A stretch of DNA of 32,000 nucleotides from Chamaesiphon sp. (GTDB taxonomy: Bacteria > Cyanobacteriota > Cyanobacteriia > Cyanobacteriales > Chamaesiphonaceae): NCBI RefSeq assembly GCF_041737865.1, contig NZ_JBGSQZ010000265.1:30870-62869 (forward strand), written 5' to 3'. Positions within the stretch are counted from its first letter, which is position 1. Each line of letters opens with the position of its first letter. Below the pieces are notes generated by a model. That model saw only the letters and a program-made list of their open reading frames with translations. It had not been told where the DNA came from and did not search any database. Below, in pieces: positions 25,682 through 32,000 of the stretch. A program made the translations under genes and the position numbers.

Positions 25682-28600
25682 CTACTCTTTTGCTCCTAGT
25701 GTTTTTAGCTCATCAATCTGTGCTTTTGTCAAGCCTTCGACTCCAGTAATATTCATGCCTTCATAGGGACGACGAGCGCGACGGGTAGAGAGCAGATGAT
25801 TATTAGCCAAATCCCAGACTCGCAGGGTTTCATCCTCACTAGCACTAGCCAAAAATCGACCACAACTACTCACAGCTACCGACCAGACCCAACTCTGATG
25901 TCCGATCGACGTATCGGTACAGAGTCCACTTTCCATCGACCAGACCTTAATTGTATGGTCAGAAGCACCACTAAATAGCCATTGACCATCGGGGCTATAT
26001 GCGAGGGATAAAATCCAGCCATCATGTCCGGTTAGGGTATGACAGAGTGCACCAGTATCGATATTCCAGATGAGAATTTGGCTATCCATCCCACCACTAG
26101 CCAGAGTAGTATCGCGCGGGTCAAATGCTACCGCGATCGCGCGATTGGTATGCCCTGAGAGGATGTGGACTGGAGTATCATCGTGGAGATGCCAGATTCT
26201 GATAGTCCGATCTTCACTGGCAGTAGCAATCAGATCGCGAGTGGGATGATAGGCTAGACCGCCAATCCGATCGGTATGTCCAGACCGAACGTACAAGCAT
26301 CGCCAACGATGAGTATCCCAGATTCTAATACTAAAGTCGCTCCCACTGCTGACTAGATATTTACCATCGGGACTATATACGAGCGTGAGGATAGCATCGA
26401 TATGTCCCCGCAAAATTTGCTGACAGGTTAGAGTTTGAGCGTCCCAAATTCTAATCGTGCGATCGTCACTACCGCTAGCAAAAGTCACTCCTTGAGGGTC
26501 GTAGGCAACAGTGAGCGTAGATTTAGTATGTCCTGATAATTGGTGGAGACAACATTCCGGTTCTAGCGACCACACCCGAATCAGGGCATCGCGACTAGCC
26601 GTAATCAACCTCTGCCCATCGGGACTCCAGGCGGTGGAGCGAAAGCAATTAGTATAGCCATTGAGTGCTTGGAGACATTTTCCGTCGCTAACTTGCCACA
26701 ACCGAATCGCCCGATCTTCCCCACCACTAGCGAGGCGATGTCCATCTGGATGAAATGCTACCGACCACAAGCGTTCGCTATGTCCCTCTAGTCGATGAAG
26801 ACAATAGCCATCAGCCGTCCGCCAAATCCGTAATAATCCGCCCACCCCCGCACTGGCAAAAGACGCCCCATCAGGACTAAATACCGCCGACCAGATCTCA
26901 TTCCCATATTCGGTCAAGATGAGCTGACTCTCGCTAGCTGCTGGCGTTGTGTCAGTGGCATCCCAGAGGCGCAGCGTACCATCGAGACTGCCGCTGAGGA
27001 TAGTTTTACCATCAGGACTATAATCGATCGTTGTGACCCAGTTTTGATGACCGCTCCAGATCCGATCGCATTTACCACTCGCCACATCCCAGAGCCGCAC
27101 GGTACCATCCGCACCGCCGCTGACTAATTGATGCCCTTGGGGATGCACTTGGACATCCATCGACCAGTTTTGATGTCCTTCAAACTGCCGCACACAGGTT
27201 CCAGTCTGGATATCCCAATAGTAGATCGTATTGTTGACACTACCACTGGCAATATATCGACCATCGGGACTAAAACTAAATCCTAAACTATGGATTCCTT
27301 CGCCGATCGTCTTGTGACAGATGCCACCATCTTGTAAATCCCAGAGTGCGATCGTGCGATCGTCGCTAGAACTCGCTAGATACTTACCGTCGGGGCTAAA
27401 TTTAATCGCCCGCACCCAATTAGTATGTCCCGAACAGGTGAGTAAACATTGTCCATCACTGACACTCCACAGCCGAATTTCTCCATTACTATCGCTGGCG
27501 GCGAGAGTCTGACCATCTGGACTGTAGGCGATCGCCAGAATACTACTAAAGGTTTGGGTAAAAGCACAATCCACCATCTGAGCATTGGTAAAATTGACTC
27601 CCACCAGATCGATTCCGACCAAACATGCCTGTTGAATTACCAACTCGGAGCAGTCGAGATCGGTCAAATCTAGCTTGAGATAAGTCAGCAAGTTGAGTAA
27701 ATTACCAGTGACGTAGCCGAGCTGGAGGGCATTGGTAACTTGCCAGTCGGTCAGCATCTGTCGCAGATGCTTGCCAATTTGGGCGGGATTACCGATACTA
27801 TGACGCAGCCTGTCGATCGCTGGTTGGACGATCAGACGCAATTGAGCTTGACGAATGTACTCTTTGGCATTTGCTTGGGCGATCGGATGGGTATTGAGCA
27901 AAAAAGGTTGCTGCTGCTCGATTTCCGCGCAAATCCGCGCGACAAATACCCCCGTGACATATTCCATCACCATCGGTTGTAACGACCAATGCTGCTTGTG
28001 CCGATCGCTTCCTGAGATCGAGATGATACTCCGACGGCGGAGTGATTGCAAAATACTCAGCAAGAATGAGTGACCCGCAGCCAGTCGATCGACTGGAGTG
28101 TAGTGTGGGGAGTCATCCTGACGGCGATTGCCTGCTTTGTGTAGTCCCGCTTCCAAATCGACACTAGCCAAGGGTTCTCTCCCAATCGCCAACCAGTACA
28201 TCACCTGGTGTTCCTCGATCGTCAGCCGTTCCCACTGCTGCTCTAGTAGGACGTGGATATCCGCAAAGCCTAACTTGCTCGATCGCAAGTACGGAAAAAT
28301 TTCACTCACATCCCCGTCGGCGACTTCCTGCACCGCCGCCGCGATCAGTTGTAAAGCCAGCGGATTGCCCCCACAATAGCGATTGACCTCCGCCCATTCG
28401 ATCGGGACGACAGGTTTACACCCTCGATCGGCAAAAATCTGTTGTCCTGAGGTATCATCTAACCCTGGGAGCGTTAAGGTTCTAACTTTAGCATTTACCC
28501 CTTCTAACTGACTGATTTGGGTAGGTTTTTCCCGACTGGTGAGTACTAGACAACTCTGATGATTCATCCGACCCAATGTACTAAATAGATCGCCGTAGTC

Positions 28601-29395
28601 AGCGTAGCCAGATCGATACTGACCTGCCTGTGCTCCCGCTTGAAAAATCGATTCCCCATTGTCCAAGACGATCAGACAGCGGTATTGCTGACAAATTTCG
28701 AGTAATAAGTCGAGCTGACCTGTTACCGTTTTTGGCATGAGTTTTAGGTGAAAATTAACCGCGACAATTTGACTTTCTGCCAGATTTCGATCGACCTGCC
28801 CTAGGGATGTAACTAGAGTGCGGATTAATTCTGGGAGTAATTCTTTTAGGGGTGGAGCATTGAGTAAACTCCGCCACAAAATACAGCTAAATCGATCGCG
28901 CTCTTCAGTAATAGTGGTCTGGTCTACAGATCGTAACTCGCGCAATAATTCGATCGCAATCGTCGTTTTACCCATCCCGCCCATCCCCAAAATCGCCACC
29001 AACCGACAACGATCTGTCACGATCCAGCGATGTAGCTGGTTGCGTTCTAGCTCGCGGCCATAAAATGCTGAAATGTCTAAATCTTCAATCCAATCAATCT
29101 GAGACTGGGTTGGCTCTACTTCGCTGATTGCTGGCGGCTTGATGCTGGGCGTCAAGGATTCCAGTACCTGCCGAAAATTAAGTTTAGAGACCTTGGTATT
29201 AGTGGCTGTTGCCAATATTTTCCAAACTTGAGCACCAACTCCTTTGATGTAGTTAAACTCATATCCAGCGGCTACTGCAAGATCGCGATATGACTGACCT
29301 TTCCAAGCTGCCCTAAATACCATTTTCTGAGGTGGGCTAAGGTATTTAGGCGCGAGCAGTTCTGTAACGATCGCCTCAGCTCGATCTAGTTCCAT
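25682..29395 (-). CDS. STAND NTPase: N-terminal HTH-like domain, NB-ARC (AP-ATPase) module, short pentapeptide-like segment, and 14 WD40 repeats
   Basis: 1237-aa ORF. Walker A GMGGMGKTT (nt 28964-28987), Walker B CLIVLDN, LVLTSREK, and the GLPL-like motif GGNPLAL. I counted fourteen [IVL][RKAY][ILV]W[DSNQHR] repeat ends (IRLWSV ... LRVWDL) between about nt 25751 and 27553, enough for two 7-bladed propellers. The N-terminal LSPPQKMVFRAAWKGQSYRDLAVAAGYEFNYIKGVGAQVWKIL matches a helix-turn-helix-like module common at the N-termini of cyanobacterial STAND proteins. Confidence 0.9.
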   Translation of the reverse strand: MELDRAEAIVTELLAPKYLSPPQKMVFRAAWKGQSYRDLAVAAGYEFNYIKGVGAQVWKILATATNTKVSKLNFRQVLESLTPSIKPPAISEVEPTQSQIDWIEDLDISAFYGRELERNQLHRWIVTDRCRLVAILGMGGMGKTTIAIELLRELRSVDQTTITEERDRFSCILWRSLLNAPPLKELLPELIRTLVTSLGQVDRNLAESQIVAVNFHLKLMPKTVTGQLDLLLEICQQYRCLIVLDNGESIFQAGAQAGQYRSGYADYGDLFSTLGRMNHQSCLVLTSREKPTQISQLEGVNAKVRTLTLPGLDDTSGQQIFADRGCKPVVPIEWAEVNRYCGGNPLALQLIAAAVQEVADGDVSEIFPYLRSSKLGFADIHVLLEQQWERLTIEEHQVMYWLAIGREPLASVDLEAGLHKAGNRRQDDSPHYTPVDRLAAGHSFLLSILQSLRRRSIISISGSDRHKQHWSLQPMVMEYVTGVFVARICAEIEQQQPFLLNTHPIAQANAKEYIRQAQLRLIVQPAIDRLRHSIGNPAQIGKHLRQMLTDWQVTNALQLGYVTGNLLNLLTYLKLDLTDLDCSELVIQQACLVGIDLVGVNFTNAQMVDCAFTQTFSSILAIAYSPDGQTLAASDSNGEIRLWSVSDGQCLLTCSGHTNWVRAIKFSPDGKYLASSSDDRTIALWDLQDGGICHKTIGEGIHSLGFSFSPDGRYIASGSVNNTIYYWDIQTGTCVRQFEGHQNWSMDVQVHPQGHQLVSGGADGTVRLWDVASGKCDRIWSGHQNWVTTIDYSPDGKTILSGSLDGTLRLWDATDTTPAASESQLILTEYGNEIWSAVFSPDGASFASAGVGGLLRIWRTADGYCLHRLEGHSERLWSVAFHPDGHRLASGGEDRAIRLWQVSDGKCLQALNGYTNCFRSTAWSPDGQRLITASRDALIRVWSLEPECCLHQLSGHTKSTLTVAYDPQGVTFASGSDDRTIRIWDAQTLTCQQILRGHIDAILTLVYSPDGKYLVSSGSDFSIRIWDTHRWRCLYVRSGHTDRIGGLAYHPTRDLIATASEDRTIRIWHLHDDTPVHILSGHTNRAIAVAFDPRDTTLASGGMDSQILIWNIDTGALCHTLTGHDGWILSLAYSPDGQWLFSGASDHTIKVWSMESGLCTDTSIGHQSWVWSVAVSSCGRFLASASEDETLRVWDLANNHLLSTRRARRPYEGMNITGVEGLTKAQIDELKTLGAKE

Positions 29396-29687
29396 TCGTT
29401 ATTCTCCCGAGCACATCTGAGCATGTAATACTCTTCAAGATAACCGATCGGCTATGGTGATGACGTGCTGATGCTATGGAGAGGATTCGATCGATGTCAG
29501 CTTGGACATAACAGATACCGTTGAAACAGAATAGTTAATCAAGCTTGATAACTTGTGGTAGAGAAAACCGTACAATGGATGGGAGCAGCGGTCAAGATAA
29601 AATGGTAAGAACATCTCATTTAAGAAACAGTCTGCGCCACCGCTATCTGCCTACACCCCCTACTCCGCATCATCCCAACCTGCCAAT

Positions 29688-30701
29688 ATGACATCCGAAC
29701 TGATTCGTCAACGCTCCGATCTGATCGATACTCAAGTAATTGCCAAAGACACTGGCAAACGGCTAGGGATTGTCAAAGAGCTACTCGTAGACATCGACAG
29801 TCGTGAAGTAGTCGCACTGGGTTTACGCGACGGTTGGCTGGCGGCACCAGGAGGACTGGTAAAATATATGTTCCTCGCCACAGTCGAAAAAATGGGCGAT
29901 GTGATTCTCGTACCCAATGACGATGCGATCGCAGATCTCGATCCCGAAAATTATACCAATCTAATCGGCTGTGAAGTAATCACCGAAACTGGTGACATGC
30001 TGGGGAAAGTGCGGGGCTTCAAATTTAACTGCGATGATGGTCAACTAGCTGCAATTATTATCGCCGCGATCGGCTTACCACTGATTCCTGATAATGTCAT
30101 CAGCACCTACGAATTCTCGATCGATGAAGTAGTCAGTAGTGGTCCCAATCGCTTGATGGTATTTGAAGGTTGTGAAGAACGCCTCGAACAACTATCCGTA
30201 GGCTTCCTCGAACGGATCGGACTAGGGAAAGCACCCTGGGAAGACGAATACAGCTATCGTCCCGCCGTCATCCGTCCTGAAAATCAACTAGCTGCTGGCA
30301 CTCCCATCGCTCCCCCCGCCCCAGTAATTCGCGCCGCTCCTCCAGTTGCTCAAACTGCCTGGGAAGATGACAACTGGCAGGAAGAAGAAATTCAAGCTGC
30401 TCCAGTGCCCCAAAGACTTAGAGCCGAACCCCGATATTACGATGATGAGGGCGAAAACTGGAACGATACCAGCAGCGAACAACCGCCCCGTGCAGCCAAA
30501 GTGTATCAAGATGTTCCTTACACGCTCGCATCACCCGAGCCACCTGTAGAGGAAATTCTCACCCTGGATGATGACATCTGGGGCGACGATACGCAATCAC
30601 CCGCCTATCAACCTCAAAAGCTCAACATCCCTGAAACTCCTCAAAAAGTCGATCTTCCCCAAAAAGTCAAGCAAGTTGAGTATCAGGAAGAAGAACAGTA
30701 A
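29688..30701 (+). CDS. PRC-barrel domain protein (two barrels) with a long acidic, Pro-rich C-terminal tail
   Basis: 337-aa ORF. Two PRC-barrel-like segments: VIAKDTGKRLGIVKELLVDIDSREVVALGL and VITETGDMLGKVRGFKFNCDDGQLAAIII. The tail is low complexity. Confidence 0.7.
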   Translation: MTSELIRQRSDLIDTQVIAKDTGKRLGIVKELLVDIDSREVVALGLRDGWLAAPGGLVKYMFLATVEKMGDVILVPNDDAIADLDPENYTNLIGCEVITETGDMLGKVRGFKFNCDDGQLAAIIIAAIGLPLIPDNVISTYEFSIDEVVSSGPNRLMVFEGCEERLEQLSVGFLERIGLGKAPWEDEYSYRPAVIRPENQLAAGTPIAPPAPVIRAAPPVAQTAWEDDNWQEEEIQAAPVPQRLRAEPRYYDDEGENWNDTSSEQPPRAAKVYQDVPYTLASPEPPVEEILTLDDDIWGDDTQSPAYQPQKLNIPETPQKVDLPQKVKQVEYQEEEQ

Positions 30702-30703
30702 AT

Positions 30704-30721
30704 TAGTTGACAGTTGACAGT
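30704..30721. repeat. Heptamer array, family C (AGTTGAC x2.5)
   Basis: agttgacagttgacagtt, starting 3 nt after the PRC-barrel gene stop. It supplies TGA triplets on the plus strand. Confidence 0.9.
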
Positions 30722-30772
30722 TAAAATTTTACGGTTTTATCAACCTATAATTTCGCAGATTAAACTAAGTTC

Positions 30773-30793
30773 AGTCCATCATGCGGACTTTTT
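30773..30793 (+). terminator. Weak terminator-like hairpin AGTCC atcatgc GGACT followed by TTTT
   Basis: 5-bp stem plus a T run, 72 nt downstream of the PRC-barrel gene. CGGACT (30784-30789) could alternatively pair with AGTCCG (30874-30879). Confidence 0.3.
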
Positions 30794-30809
30794 AAGGTTA
30801 TCCTTTACC

Positions 30810-30855
30810 AAACAGCAGAAGCTATGGCTTCGGGGTTTATAGCTACCTGCTGTTT
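30810..30855. other. Extended hairpin: 9 + 6 bp with a small internal loop and a 13-nt loop containing cUUCGg
   Basis: AAACAGCAG a AGCTAT ggcttcggggttt ATAGCT ac CTGCTGTTT, read directly. Confidence 0.75.
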
Positions 30856-30907
30856 AATGCGGTAGTTGTTGTTAGTCCGTTTTAAATCTACTCAACAACT
30901 TTGCTTG

Positions 30908-30949
30908 CAACTGTCAACTATCAACTATCAACTATCAACTATCAACTGT
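30908..30949. repeat. Heptamer array, family C (CAACTGT/CAACTAT x6), inverted relative to 30704-30721
   Basis: caactgt caactat x4 caactgt. 30909-30926 is complementary to 30704-30721 at 17 of 18 positions. Confidence 0.9.
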
Positions 30950-30964
30950 TTACCTAATTAGCCT

Positions 30965-31525
30965 GTGACTCCTGAAGATATTCAAGCATTTTTGACTAAT
31001 CGCTTTGGTACGAACCTCAAAATTGTCGATGGAGATTCCTATCAGGTAGAGACACCAGAGTATCGCCTGTTGATTATCCTATCGGCTCAACAATCCTGGG
31101 TACGCACATTGATTCCAATCGCTCCAGCAGCAGACGCCATCACCTTTATCGAGGAATTCCTAGCTGCTAACTTTGATGACACCTTAGAGACTCGCTATGC
31201 GTTGCAACAGGGTGCTTTATGGGCTGTCTGGCAACATAGTGTTGCTGGATTAACTAGTGAAGATTTTAGTACGGCGATCGACAGATCGATCGAACTAAAA
31301 CGGGTAGGTATCGATCGAGCCTTTCAAGATTTTGCTACTAAACAGGTCAAAGCGATCGTCAGTATTGCCAAACAGCGTGGGGATACGCTCGAACAAACGA
31401 TGCAAACTCTCGACAGGTTTTATGCTGAAGGAGTGATGGGAGATTTGGGAGCTACCGAAGATATCCGCAAGGAAATGATGACAGCTTGGCAACAGCAATT
31501 AGAGCGATTGTGGAATCAAGAATAA
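30965..31525 (+). CDS. Conserved hypothetical protein
   Basis: 186-aa ORF with a GTG start. I recognised no confident motif. The N-terminal half looks vaguely like a YbjN/secretion-chaperone-type alpha/beta fold, and that is only a guess. Confidence 0.45.
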   Translation: MTPEDIQAFLTNRFGTNLKIVDGDSYQVETPEYRLLIILSAQQSWVRTLIPIAPAADAITFIEEFLAANFDDTLETRYALQQGALWAVWQHSVAGLTSEDFSTAIDRSIELKRVGIDRAFQDFATKQVKAIVSIAKQRGDTLEQTMQTLDRFYAEGVMGDLGATEDIRKEMMTAWQQQLERLWNQE

Positions 31526-31553
31526 TTAATTGATAATTGATAATTGATAATTG
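31521..31553. repeat. Heptamer array, family B (TAATTGA / GATAATT x4)
   Basis: aataattaattgataattgataattgataattgg. The ORF stop TAA (31523-31525) lies inside it, with further in-frame TGA and TAA triplets immediately after. Confidence 0.9.
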
Positions 31554-31644
31554 GTGCTATGCCTACGGCAGGCTGACGCCAACGGCTACGCTCAGTACAA
31601 GTAATTGGGTTGTTTCGGTAGGAATTGAAACTCCTGTACTTTGT

Positions 31645-31667
31645 TACCTAAAGCCTAAAGCCTAAAT
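31645..31667. repeat. Heptamer array, family A (CCTAAAG x2-3)
   Basis: acctaaagcctaaagcctaaatc overlaps the cdsA stop. Coordinates are +/-2 nt because my reading and the ORF track differ slightly here. Confidence 0.75.
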
Positions 31668-32000
31668 CAAAGGTAAGACTAACTTGAAAAAATAGTAAAC
31701 CAGTGGTGCAGTGAAGATATAACTATCAGTTCGATCGAGCATACCACCATGTCCAGGAATTAAATCGCCCGAATCTTTTACCCCAGCATCTCGTTTCATC
31801 ACTGATTCTGTCAAATCGCCCAACATACTCGTCATCCCAATCAAAATCCCCAAGGCGACACCGCCGATATACCAGTGATGCCAGTGCAATACCCACGCAC
31901 CACTCAGCCCCATTCCCACACTACTCATAATCCCAAAGATGGCTCCTTCTACCGTCTTTTTGGGGCTGATTTCTGACAACCGCGTGCGTCCGAGCCATTT
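31662..32000 (-). CDS. cdsA: Phosphatidate cytidylyltransferase (CDP-diglyceride synthase), C-terminal part; the N-terminus lies beyond the right edge
   Basis: ISPKKTVEG, LGDLTESVMKRDAGVKDSG and LIPGHGGMLDRTDS are the CdsA signature. The track start (TTG 31979) is internal, and the frame appears open to the window edge. Coordinates follow the ORF track. Confidence 0.85.
   Translation of the reverse strand, partial: KWLGRTRLSEISPKKTVEGAIFGIMSSVGMGLSGAWVLHWHHWYIGGVALGILIGMTSMLGDLTESVMKRDAGVKDSGDLIPGHGGMLDRTDSYIFTAPLVYYFFKLVLPLI

Noticed and set aside
25751-27553. Strong ~120-126-nt periodic DNA similarity on the minus strand
   Set aside because: It is fully explained by the 14 WD40 repeats of the STAND gene, so it is not an independent noncoding repeat.
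31645-32000. Apparent 1-2 nt disagreement between my manual reading of the cdsA stop/start positions and the ORF track, which could have suggested a frameshift
   Set aside because: The track's frame gives a continuous, fully CdsA-like protein, including the residues upstream of the TTG. The discrepancy is most likely my own counting error, so I kept the track coordinates and make no frameshift claim.

Overview
This 32 kb window looks like core chromosome from a cyanobacterium. The evidence is an aldehyde-deformylating oxygenase gene (ado), saturation with CGATCG/HIP1 (GCGATCGC), STRR-like heptamer arrays, a pilB-pilT-pilC cluster, phylloquinone menF and a FraH-like protein. I cannot name the species. 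Gene order: pilC (partial), pilT and pilB on the minus strand; grpE-dnaK-dnaJ-tusA-like-dnaN on plus; two FHA-domain genes and pgl on minus; a coiled-coil membrane protein, a DUF502 protein and menF on plus; a conserved hypothetical on minus; a small zinc-ribbon ORF and a hybrid histidine kinase on plus; rimP-nusA-[extra protease-like ORF]-ylxR on minus with no infB; a histidine phosphatase on plus; an orphan sugar ABC permease on minus; ado on plus with no adjacent aar; a 1237-aa NB-ARC/WD40 STAND NTPase on minus; a PRC-barrel protein and a hypothetical on plus; cdsA (partial) on minus. I found no rRNA, tRNA, CRISPR array, transposase or integrase. The most interesting signals are not in the gene content. 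(1) Five families of heptanucleotide tandem arrays sit on or beside stop codons, and most place stop triplets in all three frames. (2) Pairs of these arrays in inverted orientation form 13-18 bp long-range stems inside operon spacers (pilB-pilT, dnaJ-tusA-like, PRC-barrel/next gene). (3) A diverged tandem copy of the pilB 5' end forms a 22-codon upstream mini-ORF. (4) The nusA operon is remodelled. (5) A two-hairpin unit ending in a terminator lies upstream of rimP. (6) A hairpin-dense 0.8 kb noncoding gap sits where aar normally follows ado. Product calls rest on motifs recognised by eye, since no database search was possible. I checked coordinates against the ORF track wherever I could. My reading and the track disagree by 1-2 nt in the last ~350 nt of the window.
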